DNA from: Bacteroidaceae bacterium
GTDB taxonomy: Bacteria > Bacteroidota > Bacteroidia > Bacteroidales > Bacteroidaceae
Assembly: GCA_017647725.1 (NCBI GenBank)
Contig: JAGCKB010000176.1
Coordinates: 1-58,328, forward strand
Reading direction: 5' to 3'
DNA: 58,328 bases
Below the pieces are notes generated by a model, which made no database searches, was not told the origin of the DNA, and saw only the letters and a list, made by a program, of their open reading frames with translations. Below, piece after piece: positions 1 to 12,000 of this stretch. Made by a program: the position numbers and the translations under genes. The stretch's first letter is position 1. The number at the start of each line of letters is the position of its first letter.

Positions 1-54
1 CTTGGCGATATATATGCGCAGGGATATAATACAACTGAGGAAGAGGCGCCGGAG

Positions 55-3000
55 GTGAAAAGGGTTTTTGATGCGGAGCTCGAGAAGGCAATGGCTACTT
101 TTGACGAGGAGACGGTGCAGAAGTTGATGGATGATCCTGAAGCCGCGTTGTCGCAGATGAATGAGATTGACCGCGAAGAGGCGCAGTCCTTTGTTGATGC
201 TTTTGTGCGTTATGAGGCGATGATTGACCGCGTTAGCGATGACATTGACGAGCGCATCAAGGCGAGTGACAAAGAGATTGAGAGGCGCGTGAATAAGGGT
301 GATGGATTGATTCACCCGGCGATGTTGCGTGGTGAGAATGGCCAGCCTGCGCGCAGGGTGTATGTCGTGAGTGGCAATGTGGCGATCTCGGGTGATGGCA
401 CGATTGACAAGGCTAAATCGAGTGATTTTATAATTGTGCGCGACGCGGAGACTGGAGAACTGGACAAGGCTACGGCAAGCGACTTTGAGAGTGTTGACGA
501 GACTATTGATACTGGTGCAGAAAAACAGACCGCGGCTGATGAGATTGCGCGACAGATGGCTGAAGAAAAGGCTGCGCTGATTGAAGGTGGCTCACAAGGT
601 GAGAGCTCGCAACCGGTTAGTGGTGAGGGTGTGTCACCGGTTGCTGTGCAAGGTGAAAACTCTCCTGTGGTTGACAAGAAGGTGCGACGCGCGGAACTTG
701 AGAAGATTATCCCTGTCAAGGGTAAGAAGAAACAGTTTACGGAGGTTGAGCCTGCGGTGACAGCGGAGTATATTTCACTGCTCACTGACGATGCTGCTAA
801 ACAGGTTGCTGCGGCTGACAAGTATATTGCGATGATTCAGGAGGCGCAACAGAAGGCTGACCCTGTGGAGGCTCTTGAAATGGATGAGCAGATTGCTTAT
901 TGGGAGAGCGTGAAAGCGTTGCTTGCACCACAGGAGCAAGCGGAAAGCGCGCAACCGGTTGCGGAGACTGCTCCTGTTGTTGAGACCCCGCAGGCTACCA
1001 ATGAAATGCAGGAAGCTGATTTGACAGAAGATGTCAAGACAGAGGATGTCAACCAATCCGAGAATAACCTCGAAATGGTTGTCGAGGGTGCCGCTCCCGG
1101 CAATGGCGGTGTGTATGCTGATAATCAAGGAAACCCCGTTGATGCAGACGGCAAATTGATTATTGAAGAGGTTGCTTCTATTGACGAAATCACCGATGAG
1201 GATTTTGAAACTCCAACAAGAAATGTGCAGTTGCCGGCAATTCCTGAAAATGTGGCGATTGCGTTAGGTGCTAATGGCAGACCTGTTGTTATCAAGAAAA
1301 ATGTCTTTGAGAAGAATAGCAATACACACGTTGAATTGGAACCGGAGGACAGCAGGAATATATTGCGTTCTGCATTGTATAATCCTAACATTGTAGGTTC
1401 TACACAACCGATAAGACGACCTGACTATAAGGTTGCTATCAGAACCGGAGAGCAGAATGCAGTCGTGGTACTTGATGTGTACCAAGAAAAAGACTTTGTT
1501 GAGATTGTGGGCTGGAGAATGGTGAATGAGAAAGGTCTTGCAAAAATGCAAAGACAGGCCGAGCGTGAGGGCGGGCAATTCCTCATACTTTCTCCCAATG
1601 ATGGGTCGGCAGCAGCCCTTTCTGCTCTTCCACTCGGTCTGTCTTCTGCAAGCGAAAGTACAACACAATCTGCAAAAGAGCAAGAGAATACGCAAAAAAG
1701 TGGCGAAACTGCGGATAATGGGGGTGAAAATGCTGTTCCCGAGGGGGATATTACTGATAGCGTACTGAATGGTTTATGGGAGAGCCGCGAGGAGTATGGG
1801 TACAGCGAGGATGTGGCTCCGTTGTATGATGCTTTGTATGAAGCGTTGCCGGAAAGCCACCCTGTAAGTAAACGCGGTAAATATATACGTCAGCTTATAG
1901 AGACATCCAAGAAGTACAATCATCCTCTTGCTAAGGCTGTACTTGACAATGTTGCCGAGGGTGCGGCTCCCGGCAATGGCGGAGTGGAGGAAAACGAGGA
2001 AGTTGGCCCATTCGGTAGAATATACCGTCAGTTCAAAGGAAAGGCAAAGGAGGCTATACGGTTCTTACTTAGCAAGAAAGAGGGTGAGGCTGTAGGTGCT
2101 TTGAGCCATCCCGAGATTGGAGATATTGACCTTGTTTGGGGTGAGGAGGGCACAAGTAACAGTGATGGCTACGGCCTTGCAAAACTTGCCAAGTATCACC
2201 CCGAGGTGCTTGAGAACTTACAGGAGATTATCAATGATATGCGTGTTACAAAGCGCAGTGCTAACCGTGTGCAGTTGGAGGGCGATACTCACCAAGCGGC
2301 TGTCCGTTTGACTTGGGATAACAAGAGTAAGAATTGGTTGCTGACTGCTTTTGAAAAGAAAAACAGTGTCTCCGACAATACGACAGACACTGGCGAAACC
2401 TCTGATGGAGGCAAGCAGAATGACACAGCTACTCTGCAAAACACTGTTTCTACCGACGAAAGTACAACACAATCTGCAAAAGAGCAAGAGATTTCTGTTA
2501 AAAGTGACGAAACTGCGCAAAAAGGCAGAAAGCCGAGCGGAAAAAGCGGCCCGAAACAGATTAATGTGGAGAGCCTGATGGGTGAACTCAACAAAAAGGG
2601 CGAAGCTAAATTGAGCGACCACGTTGTTAACCCAAGCGGTAACAAACTTGTGACTGACGAGCGTTACAACGAACTCAAGGAGCGTATGCGCAAGAAGTTG
2701 GGCGGGCAGATGAACATCGGTGTTGACCCCGAGATTCTTGCTATTGGTACTGAAATGGCGGTGTATCATATTGAGAAGGGGGCGAGAAAGTTCGCTGATT
2801 TCGCAAAGGGTATGATTGCTGACTTGGGTGATGCAATACGTCCATACCTCAAGGCGTTCTATAATGGCGCGAGGGAGTTGCCCGAGATTGAAGAGGCTGG
2901 TCTTGCGAAGGATATGACTCCATACGATGATGTCAAGGCTTTTGATGTTGCAAACTTTGACAAACCTTCGGTGGACGCGATGGCTACCGCTGAAACGGTT

Positions 3001-6000
3001 ACACGCGAGGCTGAGGTTGCAAAGGATGTTGAAGCAGTGAAGGCTCCAAAGAAGCGTGAAGGCGCGGAGGGCAAGACACTGCGCAAGGCTACGCAAGAGG
3101 ATTTGGAAAGTAATCCGGAGGTTTATTACAAGGGTGAGAAGCATCGTATATTGATGCTTGTTCATCGTGGCGAGCAGGCATCAAACGGTAATTTTACAAA
3201 GCCTGTGATTGAACGTGTATATCTTGAGAATATGCAGAGTGTGAAGGTTGATGACCTTTATGTTGAAGATACCGACGTAAATGCTAGCATAAATGAAAAT
3301 GATTTTTTACCTTCACAGCAGACAAATATTAATAACTTAAAAGACGATAATAATGGCAGAAAAGAAAACACCCACACAGATAATAGCGGAGCTCAACTTG
3401 GACGAGAAGAACTTCCCGATACTGAGCAAGTGGGAGCCGGAGTACCTGTACAAGACACTGCAAGGAATAGCAAACGCAAGCGGAGGAACGCTGGAGTCGG
3501 CAGCAGTGAACTTGGAAATGGACCTCAGTATGATGTAAACAGAAACTACACCAACGAGGAGATAGAAGAGATTGTGTCGTCGGTTACTGACATTGTTGAT
3601 GGCAAGGTTGTCATTACGGGTGAGGTAACAGATGACATAAAGGCTATTGTCCGTGGATATGAGAGTGGCGGCATTGCAAAGAAGGGTCGCGGAATACTTG
3701 ACGAGTATTACACCGATGGTAAGATTGTAGATGCTGTCAATTTGCTCGTTGCGCCATACTTCAATAGCACAACACCTATAAGGGTGCTTGAGCCAAGTGT
3801 GGGCATTGGTAATTTCATTGAGGCGGTAAACAATATCCCAACATCGGAGGTTGTTGCGTTTGAAATAAACGAGACCACAGCACGCATCGCAAAGATACTT
3901 TACCCGGATGTGGATGTAAACCTCCGTTCTTTTGAGACCGAATTTATAGACGAGAGCGGCAACAAGAAACCTTTGCCGAAGAAATATAGTCTTGTAATAG
4001 GCAACCCGCCTTACGGCTCGCACAGAGGTTTGTATAAAGGACTGGGAGAGGAAAGTAAGATTGCAAGATATGAGGATTATTTTGTAAAGCGTTCTCTCGA
4101 TGTCCTCGATGAAGGCGGTGTGCTTGCGATGGTGCTGCCAAGTTCTTGGATGGACAGACATACAAAGTTTGGTGGTTATACAATAGAAAGGGCATACAGA
4201 CTCCCGAGCGGCGCGTTTGAGGCCACACAGGTAGGCACGGATATTGTCATTCTAAGAAAAGATAGCTCTGTGCCGGTAATGGAGCGTGCTCCTTACTTTG
4301 AGCAGCATCCTGAAAGGGTCCTTGGGGAGATTAAAGAACGTAAAGGTCGTTACGGAAGAACCGAAACGTTTGTTGAGGGCGATATTGATGCAGCTATTGA
4401 GGCTATCAAGAAAGAAAATGCCGAGCAAGTGGCTGAGTTGTTGAGTATCGAAAAGAACAATGATGCTCTTAACGATATTGAATCGGCTGTAGAAGAGACT
4501 GGCGGTACAGAAAAGGCTGTAGCTATAGTCAAGGAGGCGCAAGATAGCGAGAAAGCTGCGAGTAAGCGGGAACAGAGCACAAGTTCGCTTGATGCTATGC
4601 CGAGCGAGAGCGGGTTGCGCAACGCGAAAGCCGACAATAAACCCGCCACAAAGCCAAGTGGCAAGCCCGGTAAATATAAAGTGGAACTGAACAGGGGTGT
4701 GGAAACGCTACCTACAGCGCTGCAATTCACGCACGAGTTTAGCGATGGTGAGGTTGAGGCGTTTGCAGATACCGATTATGAGGGCGCATTGAGTAATCCG
4801 GCCAAGCACAAGAGGTTTGCAAACTACATCGGTGGCCAAGCTATACACGATTTCTACTATGCTGAGGGTGATATATACAGCAAACTAGCACAGCTGGAAC
4901 AGGAAAAGAACTACATTGTAGAGAACTACGGTGCTGAGCAGTATGAGAAACAGAAAGCATTGCTCGAGAGTGTTATGCCGAAGCAGAAGAGTCTGGAGGA
5001 GATAACCATTTCGCCAAACACTACGTTTGTAAAGAACTTGAATGTGTTGACAGAGGGCGGCAGGGTTTCTCTCAAGGATATGTTTGTGGAGTTTTGCCAC
5101 AAGTTGCCACGACAGGCTTTTGGCAACAGTTCGCCTTGGGAGGTTGTGGGCTATGTCAACAACGAACAGGTGCACGGCACTGACAAGCAGAGAAACGCGC
5201 TTATAAGAGAGCGCAGAAAGAGAGTTGCTAACGATTTGTTCAACAAGTTCCTTTATGAAGAACTTTCTGATAATGCTAAGAGGCAGGTTGTAGCGGCATT
5301 CAACAGGGAATATAACTCGACATATAGACCCGATTATTCTAAAGTGCCGATGTTCTCTACCATAAACAAGGATTTCAAAGGCAAGCCATTGAAACTGACA
5401 AGCGTGCAGCTCGCCGGTATTGGCCGTATGACGGTCAAGGGTGTCGGTGTTTTGGCGCACGAGGTTGGTTTTGGTAAGACTCTTTCGGGTATACTTGCTA
5501 TGCACGAGGCGATGACAAGAGGTTTTGCTGAAAAGCCTTTAATTGTGGTGCCAAATGACAACATTCTGAAACAATGGGTGGAGACTATTGGCGAGGTGTT
5601 GCCTAATGCTACGGTTAATACTCTTGGCAATCTTGGTACGGGGTATGATTTGACAAATTTCAAAGTTAACCCCGGTGAATTTACCATAGTTACATACGAG
5701 GGCCTTAAGGCGATGTCGTTTAGCGATTATACTTACAACCACTTGGCAGCAAAGTTCTCTTATATCACTGAAGATTTGAATAAGCATCAAAGCGAACGCG
5801 ATGTACAGAAGGAGATTGAGAAGAAGAATGAACTGAAGGGTAAAATGAAGCGCGGCGCAAAGCAATCGTATATGTTTGAGGATTTTGGCTTTGACTGGCT
5901 GACGGTTGACGAGGTGCACAATGCCAACCATATTGTAAGTAAAGTGAGACTTGACAAATCTGTTGCGTCGGATTTCAGAAGCCAAAGCCAAAGAACTTCG

Positions 6001-9000
6001 GATTTAGGCCTTAAAACGTGGCTTGCTGCACAATACATCCAAGAGGAAAACAATGGTAGAAATGTATTGTTGCTCAGTGCTACACCCTTTACCAACAAAC
6101 CGCTTGAATATTATTCAATACTTTCTTTGGTGGCGAATGATATGCTTGAACGCAAGGGCTTCTTTAATGTAGACCAGTTCTTTGCTACCTTTATGGAGGC
6201 TGACAATGAACTGGAGATTGGTGCTAACGGCAGACCGACGCAGAAAACAAATGTGCGCAGATTCAGGAATAATGGCTTGTTCCAGCAGTTGCTTAGTGAG
6301 TTTATAGACATCAAGGGAGAGGAGGACAATCCCGAACTTGTGAGACCTGAAAGACTTAATAAGGAGTATAAGATTGCGCAGAACGATTTGACAGCCGAGG
6401 CTATGGCTGCCGCACAAGAGTTATTGAGTGATAACGATACTGTGTTGCAGGGTATTACTCACGCAAGAGCTGCGGCGTTCTCGCCCTATGCTACATCATT
6501 GCTTGGCACGCTGCCTAAAAATCACAAGGAGTTTGTAAAGAACTCGCCAAAGATTGATGCTACTATCAAGATGATTGAACAGAATATCAAGGATAGACCC
6601 GATGCCGGACAGATTATTTATTCTGAGGTTGGCGTGGAGTATTTTCCTCTGATACGCGATTATCTTGTAAAGGAGAGTGGTTTAAAGCCTAGTGAGGTGC
6701 GTATAATCACCGGTGCGACATCGAACAACGAGCGCGTGAATATTCAGTCGGCCTTCAACGATGGCGAGGTTAAGGTTGTTATTGGTAGCCCAGCCATCAA
6801 GGAGGGTTTGAACTTGCAGGGTAACACGACTGATATGTATATACTTTCACTGCCTTGGAACTTTACACAGTTGCGACAGATTGAGGGACGCGGCTGGAGA
6901 CAAGGCAACAGATGGGAGAATATACGTATCAACTATATGCTGACCAATGATAGTGTAGATGTGTTTATGTTGCAAAGACTACAGCTGAAGCAGGGCTTGT
7001 ATAATGAGGCTATGAAGAGCGGTGCAGAGAGCTTGGACGTGAGCGACATTGACACCGCGGAATTGAAAACAGCCTTGATTACTGACCCTGCTGTGCGTGC
7101 CGAGATTGTGACCATACAGGAGAGGGCGAAACTGCAACAGGAGAAAACGCAGATAGAGGCTGACCTGTCTTTTGTTATGCGCAAGTATGAGGCGTATAAC
7201 AAACTGGTGGAAAAGCTAGAAAGCCAAAAGGGCTCTATCAAAATGTATAGAGAATGGGCAAAAAAGGGAGACGCATATTGGGCGCAGAGAGCCGAGCAAG
7301 AAGAGGCGCTGCTGCCGAATATAGAAAACGAACTCGAGGCTGAGAAGCAGAACCTCCTCAAGAAGGGCGTGAATGTTGATGACATTATAAGCCAAACTCA
7401 GCAGGCGCAGAGTGCCATCGCAGCTATTGAAGCGAAGATTGACAACCTTAAAGAGTTTCAAGAGGAACTGACGCAGAAATACCGTGAGGAGAATGAGGCT
7501 AAAGAGATGGAGCGGGGCGACTTGGTTTCTACCTATATAAAGGAACGCAGGGCTGAAAACAGAGGCAGTTTCTACAAGATTCGCCCGAAAGAGAGTGAAA
7601 CCAAGGTCACTGATGAGAACGCTGAGGATGGGGTGTTGTTCCGCGGGGTGAACAAGCAAGCCGAGGAGTTTAATAAGACACATAAGGGCGGTGTTCCGGT
7701 TGTTGAGATTGATCCCAATAATATGGAAGCGGAGCTTGCTGAAGAAGGGTTTGCGACCGAAGAAATAGAAGAACTAAAGGAAAGGATGAAAAAAAGTGTC
7801 GCTGCCGTGTACCACACCGACAAAAAGATTATATATTTGCTTGTTCCCTCACAAGACAAGGAGTCGGTATATTCTATTTGTTGGCACGAAGATACGCATG
7901 CGGCGATTGATTTCCTTGGTCTTACGCCAGAAATGATGGACGAGTTCTATTCTTTTGCGCAAGGGAAAAAGAAAGAGGCGTTTGAGGCCCTTTTGGATAA
8001 GATTGGATATGAGATAGAAGAATATCCGGAGGAGAGTTTGGCCTATGGCGTACAAGCGATGCACATTCTTGATAATTGGGGCGCTGAAACGCTGTCCAAA
8101 CTGTTTGGCTCTACTGCAGAAGGTGCGCAGAGACAGATGGAAATTATTCAACCTTTAATAGATTATATCAACAATGGAAGACAAGGAACACAAAGCTCTG
8201 TTGGAGAAGTTGTCCGAGATAGGGGCATGTATAACAACACAGCAAATCAAAAGAAAACTGCAGAAACAGAAGGAACAGGAGCAACAGCAACAGGAGGACT
8301 CACAGAAGACCAAATAGACGCCATTCAGTCAGTGATGGGTATCTCCCGCAAGGAGGTAATTGAGCGCTACGGCAAGAAGAATAGAACAATGCTCCGCAAG
8401 GGTGAAGGCTCACTTACTGACCGCGAGGTGGTGATGGAGAGTGACCCGTATTCAAAGGTGCTTGGCAAGCCACGTTACTATGGCAAGCGTCAGCGTGAGT
8501 TTGTCGCTCGACAGCGCAGGAGAATGGCTGAGAAGGCTCGAGGGGTGGCTGAGAAGCTGAACCTTGACAATGTTGAGGTGCTGGAGAGCGCTAAGGGCTT
8601 GACGGGCAAGAAGGCTGCGTCAAAGGGTTGGTTCGATTCAAGGACGGGAAAGATTACGGTTGTTGTGTCTAACCACGGCAGCACAACTGATATTACCGAG
8701 ACTGTGCTGCACGAGGCAGTGGCGCATTATGGGTTGAGAAGATTGTTTGGAAATAGTTTTGATGCTTTCCTTGACAATGTGTTCCGTAATGTGACACCGG
8801 AGATTCGTGCGGAGATTACCGAGCTTGCGAAAAGGAATGGTTGGGATTTCCACACTGCGACGGAGGAGTATCTTGCAAGCCTTGCAGAGAATACGAACTT
8901 TGAGAGGGTTAACCCGTCGTTGTGGAGCAATATCAAGAGCTTCTTTATGAAGATGCTTGCGAAGGTGGGTATTACTCTTGATGAGCCTTTGGGTGACAAT

Positions 9001-12000
9001 GAGCTGCGATACATTCTGTGGAGGAGCTACAGAAATATGGCGCTCGACGGCAATCTTGACAATGTTTTTGGCTTGGCTGAGGATGTTGCCAAGCAGTATG
9101 AGCTTGGTGTGGGTAACTATGCAGAAGCGTTGCCGGAGGATAGCGAGGCTGCGGAGGATGAGAGTGGTATCCGTTTCCGTGCGGGTGAACCGGGTATGCC
9201 GGGCTCGGCACGTGAGGAGTATAACCGCAGGGTGCGCAGACCAAATAAGAGTGGCAGCGTGACGATTACCGAGAATGTTGTTGGCAGGGCGTTGGAGGCT
9301 TATCAGGATAGTATGTTTGCATTGAAGGTTTTGCAAGATGCTGTTCAGGCTGAAACGGGAAATGTGATCGCCGATAACGAGAATGCGTATATGGCGGAGA
9401 ATCGTATGAGTTCTACTAACCAAGCGCAGACCGAGGTGTATATGCGTGACTACTTTGCTCCGTTGATGGAGGAGGTGCGCGAATTGATTGGAGCGGGCGT
9501 TGAATATGTGGATGTTGTGCGATACTTGCACGCAAAACACGGTATTGAGCGTAACGAGTATATGCGACGTAAGCAGGCTGAGGAGGCAGCGCGCAAGGAT
9601 ATGGGCACTGAGCCGGTATTGCCGAAAGAGGGTGAACCGGATTACGAGGCTAAGGTAGCGGAAAAGGCGGCTTGGAGAGAGGCGCTTGAGGAACGCACTG
9701 AGCTATATGTAAAGATGTTTGCAAAGCGCGACTATTCGGGATTGACAGCGCTGACTGAGACGGCGAACGCAAAGGAGGCTGAGAAAGCGGCACAGAAGAT
9801 GGTTGACGAGTTTGAAAGAGCGCACGACACAAAACCGTTGTGGAAGGCTATCAACAGTGCTACAAAGGAGAGCTTGAAGAATAATTTTGTCTGCGGCTTG
9901 ATTGACCGCGCGACTTACGACAGCGTGAGTAGGATGTTTGATTTTTATATTCCTTTGCGCGGCTGGGATGAGAATGTCGCGGCAAATGAGTATGAGTACT
10001 TGACAAGCAATAAGCCGATGCTTTCGCCTACCTTAAAGACAATGCACGGAAGAACGAGCCTTGCGGATGACCCGCTGGCAACCATTGCTCATATGGCGAC
10101 GAGTGCGATTGTGCAGGGTAACAGAAACCTGATGAAGCAGAAGTTTATGAACTTTGTGATGAACAACCCGACAAGCCTTGTGACGGTTAGCGAACAGTGG
10201 TATGTGCTGAATAACGCTACGAAGGAGTGGGAGCCGTATACTCCTACTATCCCGGAGGATGCAACACCTGAGCAGGTTGTGAAGATTCTCGAGGATTTTG
10301 AGGATAAGATGCTTGCTGCGGAGCGCGAGGGTACAGCAACACGCAAACGTGCGGGTTTAAAGATTGGTCTCCACGCTACAAAGGCGGAAGGACAGGAGCA
10401 CGTGGTAAGGGTTAAACGCAACGGAAAGGAGTATTGCATATATATTAACGGAAACCCACGCGCGGCACAGGCACTGAATGGATTGACAAACCCTGACGCG
10501 TCTGGCAACAAAGCATACAAACGCGCGCTGGAGGTGAAGAACTTTATGGCACGTATGTTTACGTCGCAGAACCCGGCATTTATCATTACCAACCTTACGC
10601 GAGATGTTATTTGGGCGGGAACAGCGGTTGCAGCGAAGGAGAATGGCGCGTATGTGAGACAGTACACAAAGAACATAACCGGTGCATTGGTGAAGCTCAA
10701 GCTGCCGAAGCTAATCCGTAAGTTCCAAAATGGTACGCTCAATATGAATAATGAGGTTGAGAGATATTTCAACGAGTTTATGCTCAATGGTGGCGAGACT
10801 GGATTTACACAGGTGAACACTGTTGATGATTACAAGAAGAAAATCAACCGCCTTGTCGAAGAGAGTAAGAATGACGTTGGAATACCCGAGAGAGCTTGGC
10901 GAGGTTTTAGGAAGGGCGTTAAGTTTTTGGGCAGCGGCGTTGAGTTTTTGAACCGCAGCGCGGAGGATGTGACACGTTTCAATGTGTATATGACCTCGCG
11001 TCAAATGGGTAGGAGTATTGCCCGGAGTGTTTGGGATGCGAAGGAGATTACCGTAAACTTCAACAAGAAGGGTAGCGGTGGTATGCGTGCTAGATATGTG
11101 AACTTTGCCTATATCTTCTTTAATGCAACGGTGCAGAGTGCTGCGAACTTTGGCAAATTGGCGTATAACAACCCGGGCAAAATGTCGGCGGCGCTGGGCT
11201 TGACTGGAACGATAGGTTTTATGCTGCCTATAATTAATAACGCTATGTTGGCGATGTTTGGTGACGATGATGACAAAGACGCATATTGGAACTTACCTGA
11301 ATGGGTGAGAAGAAACAATATAGTGTTGTGGGTTGGCGGTGGTTTTATCACGATACCGCTACCGCACGAACTTAGACCTTTCTATGGTATGGGTGAGGCT
11401 GCATATTCAGTGCTTGCCGGTAAACAGGAGGCTGAAGATGCTATTGCCAGCGCGGCGAAGGGATTTGCCGAGTTATTGCCTCTTGACTTTACAGGTAATG
11501 GCGGTGATGCGGTTATAAACTTTACACCGACGATTGTGCAACCTATTGTGCAAATATGGAGAAACACTGATTACTTTGGCAAGCCTATTTACAGGGATAA
11601 TCCGTTCAACAAACGCGCGCCGGAATGGACTAAGGCGTATAAGGGTACAAACAGCACTCTTGTTGCTGCGACTAAGTGGCTGAATGAGCTCGGTGGCGGT
11701 GACGATGTGAAGAGTGGCGGTCTTTTGGACTGGAATCCTGCTTGGATTGAACATACTGTCGAGAGTTACTTGGGCGGTGTAGGCAAGACGCTGAATAAGA
11801 CTTATAAGACGTTCTCTATGATTTGGGATGATGAAATGCGTGAGTGGAAGAATGTTCCCGTTGTGAGCAGTTTCTACCAAAGTGAGGATGAGAAAACCGC
11901 AGACCGACATTTGAACGAGGAATATTTTGACTTGGTTGACGGTTTGGAGGAGTTTGAATATCTGCTGAATGGTTATAGGAAGCAGATTATGAAAGGAAAG

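Noticed and set aside
312-11910. Dozens of antisense or out-of-frame ORFs inside the giant gene (e.g. 2218..3165, 8638..9540, 10089..10820)
   Set aside because: All are nested in the 12-kb plus-strand ORF and have skewed Ser/Leu/Arg/Cys composition. They are best explained as shadow ORFs.
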